NCBI GenBank assembly: GCA_951406725.2
Contig: OX597840.1
Span: 2,046,001-2,110,000, forward strand
Direction of reading: 5' to 3'
Length of the DNA: 64,000 bases
Origin: Octopus vulgaris
Lineage: Eukaryota
Shown: positions 12,289-23,896 of the stretch, in pieces
Numbering within the stretch: position 1 is the stretch's first letter
How the letters are laid out: each line of letters opens with the position of its first letter
Position numbers and translations under genes: made by a program
Notes under the pieces: model-generated
Told to the model about the DNA's origin: nothing
What the model saw: the letters and a program-made list of their open reading frames with translations, nothing else
Database searches by the model: none

Positions 12289-12460
12289 AGCGGGCTTCGT
12301 TCAGTTTCCGTCTACCAAATCCACTAACAATATATATATATATACACAATACGGCACAATTATTTCACCCCAGGCGATATTAGAAGACACTTCCCAGAGG
12401 AAGTGGGACTGAGTCCAGAACCATGTAGTTGGGAAGCAAGCTTCTTACCACACAGCCAAA
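12289..12460 (-). mobile_element. SINE family 2, 5' half (degraded)
   Basis: Reverse-complement homology to 24350-24505. Confidence 0.65.
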
Positions 12461-12791
12461 CCTCGCTTGACTGCGGCAATGCTGCAGCATTGCCGTATTT
12501 TAAGTAGAAGGAATTGCCCATGTTACTTATTCATTGAACCCGGATATATAATCTATTGGTACGACTAGCCATTATAATATTATAGAAGACGACTGAATAA
12601 GGATAGCCTACGTAAATAATGAATTATAAATGATTAATTCTCTGTGTTGATAATTAAGCAATTTATATATTATTGTTTGTCTTTTTGGTGTATACAACGC
12701 AGTGTGCGATAAATATATACATCGTTTTTGATTAAAATAAGATGTGAAATTTTCAATTCCTCGAGATTTGAAACATGTCAAATACAATCAG

Positions 12792-12878
12792 ATTTTACCA
12801 AAGAACCAAGGACTGCTTCAGCTACGGTGATAAAGAAATACCAAAAACTAACTTCATACAACATGGTGTCCATCACTC
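12792..12878 (+). CDS. possible optional exon of the orphan gene (87 nt, NFTKEPRTASATVIKKYQKLTSYNMVSIT)
   Basis: Open and frame-preserving (phase 1-1), but the acceptor (AATACAATCAG) and donor (C|GTAAAT) are weak. Confidence 0.3.
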
Positions 12879-13868
12879 GTAAATCTAATAATATTTGTCA
12901 TTTATTATCAGCAGATTATGATATCAGCAATAGATATCAGACGCCATTTAAGAGTATATTTTTGCCTGAACATGATGTATAATATACTGATGACTTATCG
13001 TAATTTTCATAAAATTAGTAATTTAATAAACTATAATGTAATAATAAATCTCTGAACGAGGTATAAACAGTAACTGCACGATAGTGTGAGGTATATTTGC
13101 CATCTCAATATGGGTAACCACTAAGGGTGGGTGTTAGTGTCAATAGCCAGCTGAAGACGATGTTCTCCTGGGGTTACAAGCTACAGTAACACCCACCCTT
13201 AGTGGTTAGCTATATTGAGATGGCAAATATACCTCACATTGTCGTGCAGTTACTGTTTATACCTCGTTCAGAGATTTATTATTGCTTGCATAGAGTTTTT
13301 CGAGATCAGTGACGAAAAGTTACTGGAAAAATGAGATAAGTATTTGCATTGGGACCCCTTTCATCGAAAACATGCGATGTTTTCACTGCACGGTTGCAGT
13401 AGTAAAAACATGCATGTGGCGTACAAGAAAGGAAGGAGTCGCAATAGGATCCTTTGTCTCAGGCCCCGGCTTGCTCACTTACTTCAGATATCATCTGAAG
13501 AGCAAAATGGGGCTGGAAAAGAAGACCTTACCACGAGGTGTGTATGAAAAAAGATGGAAGGAAGTGGCGAAAAAGGTGGGTGTCAGAAACCCAGCTTAAC
13601 TATGGATGGAGAAGAGGAAAGGAAAGCTGCGGGTCCTTATAGGTTGCCGGGGTTTAAAATATATCGGTAAGATTTCAATCTAATATAATGTTATATTAGT
13701 CAATACAAAGGACAATTTGAATACAGTTTTTTGTATAATGAAAAATCCATATATTGTGGAATTTTTTAAACGAACCACTTAACTGTTTTTGTATGCATGT
13801 CCTGTATTGTTCTTCTATGTAATGATTTTATAATCGTAATAAAGAATTAATCGAAAACCTGCGATTGT

Positions 13869-13913
13869 CGTACGCTGGTGACAAGTCAATACCTAGAAAC
13901 TGCAGTCCGTGCG
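13869..13913 (+). ncRNA. minimal hammerhead-like motif (tandem copy 1)
   Basis: CGTACG-CTGGTGA-C-AAGT(CAAT)ACCT-A-GAAA-CTGCAG-TC-CGTGCG. Stem I has 6 bp, stem III is the palindrome ACTGCAGT, triplet GUC. Confidence 0.65.
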
Positions 13914-14222
13914 TATCACTTAGGTTGACGAGGGAAGGATGACCTCCATTTGCAAATACCGATAGGGCACAGAAAGTGTGTCAATAGCCATCTGGAGACG
14001 ATGTTCTCCTGGGGTTACAAGCTACAGTAACACCTACCCTTAGTGGTTAGCCATATTGAGATGGCAAATATACCTCACACTGTTGTGCAGTTACTGTTTA
14101 TACTTCGTACAGAGATTTATTATTGCTTACATACAGTTTTTCGAGATCAGTGACGAAAAGTTACTGGAAAAATGAGATAAGTATTTGCATTGGGACCCCT
14201 TTCATCTAAAACCTGCGATTGT

Positions 14223-14267
14223 CGTACGCTGTGGACAGGTCAATAACTAGAAACTGCAGTCCGTGCG
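14223..14267 (+). ncRNA. minimal hammerhead-like motif (tandem copy 2)
   Basis: Same motif 354 nt downstream, with core CTGTGGA. Confidence 0.6.
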
Positions 14268-14545
14268 TATCACTTAGGTTGACGGTGGAAGGATGACCTC
14301 CATTTGCAAATACCGATAGGGCACAGAAATTGTGTCAATAGCCATCTGGAGACGATGTTCTCCTGGGGCTACAAGCTACAGTAACACCCACCGTATTGGT
14401 TAGCCATATTGAGATGGCAAATATACCTCAAACTGTAATGTATAAATGCTTGTCCGTACTTAATTTTTCCATGTTTGATTTCTGCCTGTTTCTCTTGTTT
14501 ACGTCAAATTATATTCATTGAGTTTTGTTTTCCGTCCATTTCCAG

Positions 14546-14724
14546 CTGACTTTTCCGATACTGAAGAAATAAGCCGTGGTCCGTTTTACGAACCTCTTGT
14601 ACTGACTGATATTTTCTTTGAAAACGACTTGGTATACGTTCATCTCGCTGAATTCTTCGTGTTTGCTTTGAATGGTAACATAACCATGAATGTTGCCATA
14701 TATTTGAATGCATGTGAACAATAA
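14546..14724 (+). CDS. orphan gene last coding exon (TDFSDTEEISRGPFYEPLVLTDIFFENDLVYVHLAEFFVFALNGNITMNVAIYLNACEQ*)
   Basis: TTTTCCGTCCATTTCCAG acceptor, phase 1 in frame. TAA is followed directly by a G|GTAAGA donor. Confidence 0.7.
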
Positions 14725-14852
14725 GGTAAGACATAATTACAGGTGTTTGTTGTTCGCACCTGCCTTGCTCATCCATTAGTTATATGTGTGTCTATATTCA
14801 TCAATCTCTCTCTCTCTCTCTCTCTCTCGCTGTATATATAGAATAGCAAAAA

Positions 14853-14890
14853 CTGTCCGACGAACGGGAAAGTGAAACTCAGAGTAACAG
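14853..14890 (+). ncRNA. minimal hammerhead-like motif (family E)
   Basis: CTGT-CCGACGA-AC(GGGAAA)GT-GAAA-CTC(A)GAG-TA-ACAG. Confidence 0.65.
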
Positions 14891-14922
14891 GTTTTGTTGA
14901 ATTTTCTGCCGCTTTAAATAAA

Positions 14923-14963
<41 letters not shown>

Positions 14964-15431
14964 CAAGGAAAAATTGTAAAAAGGCAGAATGCTAAATTGA
15001 AAGAAAATTTTAATGAAAATGGGTGTATGGAAAAGTGTTTGAAAAATTGACAAAATATACATATATATATATATTTTAATTCAAACCGATTTTCGTCATA
15101 ATGTGACTTTTCAAGAATTGAAAAGAAAAGAAATTTTTTTAAATGTGAGGAGGGGAAAAAAAGAAAATTACATTGTTTTTGCAAAAAAATAAAAATAAAT
15201 ATACACAAAAATTAAAAAATAGGTACTCCGATACATTGTAAAGTCTTTGTGTATCTTGAGTTTAATGATTGTTAACGAAAAAATTACCTTGAAGTATTGA
15301 GATCCAATGGGATTAAATCCACGTGTTGTTTAATTTAATTAAGGGTGTCTCTTAAGTGCATGGCAAAACAGGAAGTCTATATATATTTATATATATATAT
15401 ATATATCATTTGTCTATCGTTTGTTTTTCAG

Positions 15432-15490
15432 ACATTGAAGGCACTGCTCAAATTGAGATTTGAATAAAGGAAGATATATGCCATAACTCA
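15432..15490 (+). other. probable non-coding terminal (3'UTR) exon with AATAAA
   Basis: TTTGTTTTTCAG acceptor, AATAAA at 15463-15468. Confidence 0.5.
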
Positions 15491-15873
15491 ATGTAAAAGA
15501 CCCAGATATCTATACAACATCCGAAAGATTCCTAGAATGCACCGGCTCTACATCATATCGAGCCCTCGCCGTGTTACTCCGCGTTGTGTGACATATAAAT
15601 AGAACTCAACACCTATTTTTTGAGCTTAAAATGACATTTTTCGTAAATGCAAATTATGGTGCCTTAAACTAACTTTGAGAATAAATATCTGCTGTTTCAA
15701 TATTTGCAATAACTTGTATTATGAATAAAGAATTAAATCTATTTTTGCTTGAACTTCATTAATCTAGCTATAATATAAACTTTGGTAAAGGTACATGAGG
15801 GAAAATATAAAGAGTGTCTTCATCGTTTTAAGTGTAATGACGAAATAACCTCGGGGATTAGTATGTGTATAAA

Positions 15874-16250
15874 GCACTCCGTCGGTTACGACGACGAGGG
15901 TTCCGGTTGATCCGATCAACGGAACAGCCTGCTCGTGAAATTAACGTGTAAGTGGCTGAGCACTCCACAGACACGTGTACCCTTAACGTAGTTCTCGGGG
16001 ATATTCAGTGTGACACAGAGAGTGACATGGCCGGGCTTTTGAAATACAGGTACAACAGAAACAGGAAGTAAGAGTGAGAGAAAGTTGTGGTGAAAGAGTA
16101 CAGCAGGGATCACCACCATCCCCTGCCGGAGCCTCGTGGAGCTTTAGGTTTTTTCGCTCAATAAACACTCACAACGCCCGGTCTGGGAATCGAAACCGCG
16201 ATCCTACGACCGCGAGTCCGCTGTCTTAACCACTGGGTCATTGCGCCTCC
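15874..16250 (-). mobile_element. full-length SINE family 1
   Basis: Near-identical to 2533-2910. TTAGTATGT occurs on both flanks. Confidence 0.9.
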
Positions 16251-16367
16251 GGTTTAGTATGTATGGTGTACTTACGAAGCACATTAAAGTAAAGTTTCGC
16301 CAATGTGATTAAAGTTAAATAAATATTTATATATTAAATTTGTTACTGTTTGAAGAACAATGGTCGA

Positions 16368-19300
16368 GGCGCGTGTCTTAGTGGTTAGGGTGTCAGCATC
16401 ATGATCGTAAGATTGTGGTTTCAATTCCTGGACCGGGCTACGCGTTGTGTTCTGGAACAAAACACTTCATTTACCGTTGCTCCTGGCTAGGCTTTAAAAA
16501 GGGTTAGGTTTATTTCTGGAGGTGCGTGGTTTAGTGGTTAAGGTGTCAGTACCATGATCGGAAGATTGTGGTTTCGATTCCTGGACCAGGCTACGCGTCG
16601 TGTTCTTGAGCAAAACACATCATTTACCGTTGCTCCTGGCTAGGCTTTAAAAAGGGTTAGGTCTATTTCTGAAGGTGCGTGGCTTAGTGGTTAAGGTGTC
16701 AGCATCATGATCGGAAGATTGTGGTTTCGATTCCTGGACCGGGCTACGCGTTGTGTTCTTGCGCAAAACACTTCATTTACCGATGCTCCTGGCTAGGCTT
16801 TAAAAAGGGTTAGGTTTATTTCTGGAGGTGTGTGGTTTAGTGGTTAGGGTGTCAGTACCATGATCGGAAGATCGTGGTTTCGATTCCTGGAACGGACTAC
16901 GCGTTGTGTTCTTGAGCAAAACACTTCATTTACCGATGCTCCTGGCTAGGCTTTAAAAAGGGTTAGGTTTATTTCTGGAGGTGCGTGGTTTAGTGGTTAG
17001 GGTGTCAGTACCATGATCGTAAGATTGTGGTTTCGATTCCTGGAGCGGGCTACGCGTTGTGTTCTGGAGCAAAACACTTCATTTACCGTTGCTCCTGGCT
17101 AGGCTTTAAAAAGGGTTAGGTTTATTTCTGGATGTGCGTGGTTTAGTAGTTAGGGTGTCAGTACCATGATCGTAAGATTGTGGTTTCGAATCCTGGACCG
17201 GGCTACGCGTTGTGTTCTGGAGCAAAACACTTCATTTACCGTTGCTCATGGCTAGGCTTTAAAAAGGGTTAGGTTTATTTCTGGATGTGCGTGGTTTAGT
17301 GGTTAGGGTGTCAGTACCATGATCGGAAGATTGTGGCTTCGATTCCTGGACCGGGCTACGCGTTGTGTTCTTGAGCAAAACACTGCATTTAACGTTGCTC
17401 CTGGCTAGGCTTTAAAAAGGGTTAGGTTTATTTCTGGAGGTGCGTGGTTTAGTGGTTAAGGTGTCAGTACCATGATCGGAAGATTGTGGTTTCGATTCCT
17501 GGACCGGGCTACGCGTTGTGTTCTTGAGCAAAACACTGCATTTAACGTTGCTCCTGGCTAGGCTTTAAAAAGGGTTAGGTTTATTTCTGGAGGTGTGTGG
17601 TTTAGTGGTTAAGGTGTCAGTACCATGATCGGAAGATCGTGGTTTCGATTCCTGGAACAGACTACGCGTTGTGTTCTTGAGCAAAACACTTCATTTAACT
17701 ATGCTCCTGGCTAGGCTTTAAAAAGGGTTAGGTTTATTTCTGGAGGTGCGTGGTTTAGTGGTTAGGGTGTCAGTACCATGATCGTAAGATTGTGGTTTCG
17801 ATTCCTGGACCGGGCTACGCGTTGTGTTCTGGAGCAAAACACTTCATTTACCGTTGCTCCTGGCTAGGCTTTAAAAAGGGTTAGGTTTACATCTGGAGGT
17901 GCGTGGTTTAGTGGTTAGGGTGTCAGTACCATGATCGTAAGATTGTGGTTTCGATTCCAGGACCGGGCTACGCGTTGTGTTCTGGAGCAAAACACTTCAT
18001 TTACCGTTGCTCCTGGCTAGGCTTTAAAAAGGGTTAGGTTTATTTCTGGATGTGCGTGGTTTAGTGGTTAGGGTGTCAGTACCATGATCGGAAGATTGTG
18101 GCTTCGATTCCTGGACCGGGCTACGCGTTGTGTTTTGGAGCAAAACACTTCATTTACCGTTGCTCCTGGCTAGGCTTTAAAAAGGGTTAGGTTTATTTCT
18201 GGATGTGCGTGGTTTAGTGGTTAAGGTGTCAGTACCATGATCGGAAGATTGTGGCTTCGATTCCTGGACCGGGCTACGCGTTGTGTTTTGGAGCAAAACA
18301 CTTCATTTACCGTTGCTACTGGCTATGCTTTAAAAAGGGTTAGGTTTATTTCTGGAGGTTCGTGGTTTAGTGGTTAGGGTGTCAGTACCATGATCGTAAG
18401 ATTGTGGTTTCGATTCCTGGAGCGGGCTACGCGTTGTGTTTTGGAGCAAAACACTTCATTTACCGTTGCTCCTGGCTAGGCTTTAAAAAGGGTTAGGTTT
18501 ATTTCTGGAGGTGCGTGGTTTAGTGGTTAGGGTGTCAGTACCATGATCGTAAGATTGTGGTTTCGATTCCTGGACCGGGCTACGCGTTGTGTTCTGGAGC
18601 AAAACACTTCATTTACCGTTGCTCCTGGCTAGGCTTTAAAAAGGGTTAGGTTTATTTCTGGATGTGCGTGGTTTAGTGGTTAGGGTGTCAGTACCATGAT
18701 CGGAAGATTGTGGCTTCGATTCCTGGACCGGGCTACGCGTTGTGTTCTTGAGCAAAACACTGCATTTACCGTTGCTCCTGGCTAGGCTTTAAAAAGGGTT
18801 AGGTTTATTTCTGGAGGTGCGTGGTTTAGTGGTTAAGGTGTCAGCATCATGATCGGAAGATTGTGGTTTCGATTCCTGGACCGGGCTACGCGTTGTGTTC
18901 TTGCGCAAAACACTTCATTTAACGATGCTCCTGGCTAGGCTTTAAAAAGGGTTAGGTTTATTTCTGGAGGTGTGTGGTTTAGTGGTTAAGGTGTCAGTAC
19001 CATGATCGGAAGATCGTGGTTTCGATTCCTGGAACAGACTACGCGTTGTGTTCTTGAGCAAAACACTTCATTTAACTATGCTCCTGGCTAGGCTTTAAAA
19101 AGGGTTAGGTTTATTTCTGGAGGTGCGTGGTTTAGTGGTTAGGGTGTCAGTACCATGATCGTAAGATTGTGGTTTCGATTCCTGGACCGGGCTACGCGTT
19201 ATGTTCTGGAGCAAAACACTTCATTTACCGTTGCTCCTGGCTAGGCTTTAAAAAGGGTTAGGTTTATTTCTGGAGGTGCGTGGTTTAGTGGTTAGGGTTT

Positions 19301-21392
19301 CAGTACCATGATCGTAAGATTGTGGTTTCGATTCCTGGACCGGGCTACGCGTTGTGTTCTGGAGCAAAACACTTCATTTACCGTTGCTCCTGGCTAGGCT
19401 TTAAAAAGGGTTAGGTTTATTTCTGGATGTGCGTGGTTTAGTGGTTAGGGTGTCAGTACCATGATCGGAAGATTGTGGTTTCGATTCCTGGACCGGGCTA
19501 CGCGTTGTGTTTTTGAGCAAAACACTGCATTTACCGTTGCTCCTGGCTAGGCTTTAAAAAGGGTTAGGTTTATTTCTGGAGGTGCGTGGTTTAGTGGTTA
19601 AGGTGTCAGTACCATGATCGGAAGATTGTGGTTTCGATTCCTGGACCGGGCTACGCGTTGTGTTCTTGAGCAAAACACTTCATTTACCGTTGCTCCTGGC
19701 TAGGCTTTAAAAAGGGTTAGGTTTATTTCCGGAGGTGCGTGGTTTAGTGGTTAAGGTCTCAGTACCATGATCGGAGGATTGTGGTTTCGATTCCTGGACC
19801 GGGCTACGCGTTGTGTTTTGGAGCAAAACACTTCATTTACCGTTGCTCCTGGCTAGGCTTTAAAAAGGGTTAGGTTTATTTCTGGAGGTGCGTGGTTTAG
19901 TGGTTAAGGTGTCAGTACCATGATCGGAAGATTGTGGTTTCGATTCCTGGACCGGGCTACGCGTTGTGTTCTTGAGCAAAACACTTCCTTTTCCGTTGCT
20001 CCTGGCTAGGCTTTAAAAAGGGTTAGGTTTATTTCTGGAGGTGCGTGGTTTAGTGGTTAAGGTGTCAGTACCATGATCGGAAGATTGTGGTTTCGATTCC
20101 TGGACCGGGCTACGCGTTGTGTTCTTGAGCAAAACACTTCATTTACCGTTGCTCCTGGCTAGGCTTTAAAAAGGGTTAGGTTTATTTCCGGAGGTGCGTG
20201 GTTTAGGGGTTAAGGTCTCAGTACCATGATCGGAGGATTGTGGTTTCGATTCCTGGACCGGGCTACGCGTTGTGTTCTTGAGCAAAACACTGCATTTACC
20301 GTTGCTCCTGGCTAGGCTTTAAAAAGGGTTAGGTTTATTTCTGGAGGTGCGTGGTTTAGTGGTTAAGGTGTCAGTACCATGATCGGAAGATTGTGGTTTC
20401 GATTCCTGGACCGGGCTACGCGTTGTGTTCTTGAGCAAAACACTTCATTTACCGTTGCTCCTGGCTAGGCTTTAAAAGGGTTAGGTTTATTTCCGGAGGC
20501 GCGTGGTTTAGTGGTTAAGGTGTCAGTACCATGATCGGAAGATTGTGGTTTCGATTCCTGGACCGGGCTACGCGTTGTGTTCTTGAGCAAAACACTTCAT
20601 TTACCGTTGCTCCTGGCTAGGCTTTAAAAAGGGTTAGGTTTATTTCCGGAGGTGCGTGGTTTAGTGGTTAAGGTCTCAGTACCATGATCGGAGGATTGTG
20701 GTTTCGATTCCTGGACCGGGCTACGCGTTGTGTTTTGGAGCAAAACACTTCATTTACCGTTGCTCCTGGCTAGGCTTTAAAAAGGGTTAGGTTTATTTCT
20801 GGAGGTGCGTGGTTTAGTGGTTAAGGTGTCAGTACCATGATCGGAAGATTGTGGTTTCGATTCCTGGACCGGGCTACGCGTTGTGTTCTGGAGCAAAACA
20901 CTTCATTTACCGTTGCTCCTGGCTAGGCTTTAAAAAGGGTTAGGTTTATTTCTGGATGTGCGTGGTTTAGTGGTTAGGGTGTCAGTACCATGATCGGAAG
21001 ATTGTGGCTTCGATTCCTGGACCGGGCTACGCGTCGTGTTCTTGAGCAAAACACTTCATTTGCCGTTGCTCCTGGCTAGGCTTTAAAAAGGGTTAGGTTT
21101 ATTTCTGGATGTGCGTGGTTTAGTGGTTAAGGTGTCAGTACCATGATCGGAAGATTGTGGTTTCGATTCCTGGACCGGGCTACGCGTTGTGTTCTTGAGC
21201 AAAACACTTCATTTACCGTTGCTCCTGGCTAGGCTTTAAAAAGGGTTAGGTTTATTTCTGGAAGTGCGTGGTTTAGTGGTTAAGGTGTCAGTACCATGAT
21301 CGGAAGATTGTGGTTTCGATTCCAGGACCGGGCTACGCGTTGTGTTCTTGAGCAAAACACTTCATTTCACGTTGCTACAGTCCACTTAGCTG
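16368..21392 (+). repeat. tandem satellite, 33 x 153 bp, derived from a tRNA-type SINE 5' head
   Basis: Units start at 16368, 16521, 16674 ... 21263 (one 1-bp deletion). Each carries A box TGGTTTAGTGG and B box GGTTTCGATTCC. The last unit runs into SINE body sequence (ATTTCACGTTGCTACAGTCCACTTAGCTG). Confidence 0.95.
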
Positions 21393-21896
21393 AATTAATA
21401 CCCTAAAAAGTTGTATGGGTGAGGGTCTTCCTCCTTCAAGACATCACAGCTCATCACTGGAATTTCCTTCTACTCACTGGGGCTATGTTCACCGTGAGCA
21501 TCCATCTTTCCATATACACAAACTGTTGATTGACGCATATTAGTTACCATCCCAGTTTTAGATTACTTTACTCTTTGGCACCATAGGTTAACTAAGAAAT
21601 ATCTGGATGAGTGTATTTATAGGGATGTGTATATCTTCGATTTTATCTCTCATTCCTGGGGTTAAAAACGGTAGTATGCACGGTTCTTACGGAACAGCCA
21701 TGTTGAAGTGACGAAAAACTTTAATTTTCAGTTTACTTTTCAACTCTTATAGCAATTTTCTAACGATATATGTGTGAGAGTGTGTATGTGCGTGTGCGTT
21801 TGCGTGTGTGAATGTGTGAGTCTGTGTGTGTATGAGTGAGACCATTGCATTTTTGCTTTATGGTATCACAGTGCCTTGCTGTTTATATCAATTGTT

Positions 21897-21962
<66 letters not shown>

Positions 21963-22143
21963 TCAATATAAGGGTACCCTTATATTGATTAATTAATGAT
22001 TTTCTGACTAATTCTGAAATTGAATCAGCAGTTTATATTTGCTGCTGATAAATTGGCGCGATTACGGTGGTTTTGAAAATTTAGGGTATATATTCCCGAA
22101 GCACAAATGCTACTGCCTCGTGTATATCTGTTCTTCCTGGCTG

Positions 22144-22249
22144 CTTTACCGATGAGACGGGCCTTTGGTAGATTAACTTAATTAAATTTAATTTAATTTA
22201 ATTAGGCTGGATTGCCGTAAAGAACGTCGAAACAATGCATTGTCTAAAG
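22144..22249 (+). ncRNA. type I hammerhead-like motif with 12-nt palindromic stem III
   Basis: CTTTA-CCGATGA-GACG..CGTC-GAAA-CAATGCATTG-TC-TAAAG, inside a ~420-bp island (21959-22380) between microsatellites. Confidence 0.75.
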
Positions 22250-22380
22250 ATAAATGGGGTAAATGTTTTTTTAAATTTTCCTTTAATTTCTGAATTACTA
22301 CTATTTAGCGGTTTGAGTCTTGGCTGCTCTTTCTAGTGGGTCGAATGGCCTATCGGGGCCGTTCCTCAATGTTGTTGAAA

Positions 22381-22430
<50 letters not shown>

Positions 22431-22632
22431 ATATATATACCTGTCAGTCAGAGAGGTAGATAGAGAGACAGACACACAAACAGAAAAGAGAGGTAGATAG
22501 GCAGACAGACAGACAGAATAGATAGCTAGCTAGATAGATAGATAGAAAGAAAGATGGATAGATTGACATATAGAGATAGATTGATAGACACATAGTTATA
22601 TAAGTATATATATGTTTGTAAGTATGAATATA

Positions 22633-22810
22633 TTTCGAAACACGCTGGACTTGAACTAGGGACGGCTGATGAAGGGGATTTTTCCTTGTGTAGTTGTCTT
22701 GTACTCTGTTTTTTCGTTGTTAGAAAAATGGTCCGTTCCATGCTGTTTTTCCTTTTTCGCTTCTCGTTGAGTTCTACGTCTATGTGTGGTGTCCTGTACT
22801 CACGTATATA
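22633..22810 (+). mobile_element. family C element (TTCGAAAC...CTGATGAAGG)
   Basis: Homologous to the 3' part of 42800-43225 and to 33535-33707(-). Ends GTCCTGTAC followed by microsatellite. Confidence 0.65.
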
Positions 22811-22974
22811 TATTTATATATGCATGTATATATACATGTAGATGTAGGTACGTACATATATGTTTGTATGTATGCATATATTCTATTTTTTACACTATTG
22901 TATAACTGAGCGCCCTCGCGTCGATTCGATTCGATTCGTTTCGTTTCGTTTCGTTTCTTCTTCTTCTCTAAGCT

Positions 22975-23026
<52 letters not shown>

Positions 23027-23032
23027 ACATAC

Positions 23033-23076
<44 letters not shown>

Positions 23077-23099
23077 ATATATATATATATATATATGTA

Positions 23100-23192
<93 letters not shown>

Positions 23193-23203
23193 ATGTATAT
23201 ATA

Positions 23204-23298
<95 letters not shown>

Positions 23299-23327
23299 GC
23301 ATATAATACTATAATAAGTATGACAAG

Positions 23328-23545
23328 TCTTGTTAATTACAGTCATCCAGTATTTCCTGGTCGAACCATTAATCTCTTTCGCCGTTTTTCAAGCTGAGAA
23401 CAAAACCGTTTGACAGATGCTTTTTTTAGGCAGATGATTTTTATCAGCTTAAAAAGCAACTGACAAACGGGCTTGTTCTCAGCTTGAAAAATGGCGAACT
23501 AGATTAATGTCTCAATCAGGAAACCCTGGGTAGCTGTAACAAGAA
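23328..23545. mobile_element. palindromic MITE-like element
   Basis: Imperfect inverted arms of ~100 bp (TTCAAGCTGAGAACAA / TTGTTCTCAGCTTGAA). Confidence 0.65.
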
Positions 23546-23590
23546 TTGTGGTCTTTATTATTACTCTATTTGATTCTGTGGAAGTGTGTG

Positions 23591-23667
<77 letters not shown>

Positions 23668-23814
23668 ATATCTATCTATCTATCTATCTATCTCTATATA
23701 CATACTTATATATATATATATATATATACACTCACACACACACGCGTACATACACACACAAATGTATGAAAGATAGAGAGAGATCAATAGATAGATAGAT
23801 AGATTGACAGACAA

Positions 23815-23896
<82 letters not shown>

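Larger units (their letters stand above)
13041..14440 (+). mobile_element. composite repeat: inverted arm plus 354-bp tandem units carrying hammerhead-like motifs (retrozyme/PLE-like)
   Basis: IR at 13041-13140 / 13183-13285. Direct copies of GTGTCAATAGCCA..CTACAGTAACACC at ~13137, 13978 and 14332. Motifs at 13869 and 14223. Confidence 0.7.

Noticed and set aside
16490-16520. Interstitial telomere (AGGGTTAGG / TTAGGG in the satellite unit)
   Set aside because: Only isolated hexamers per unit, one of them within the A-box region. There is no (TTAGGG)n run.
16368-21392. CRISPR array or tandem tRNA-Met gene cluster (CAT in the loop region)
   Set aside because: There are no unique spacers and the context is eukaryotic. 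The heads lack a 3' acceptor stem and continue into SINE body sequence.
16368-21392. Hammerhead-bearing satellite (newt satellite-2 or schistosome Sm-alpha type)
   Set aside because: I found no CUGANGA/GAAA core on either strand of the 153-bp unit.
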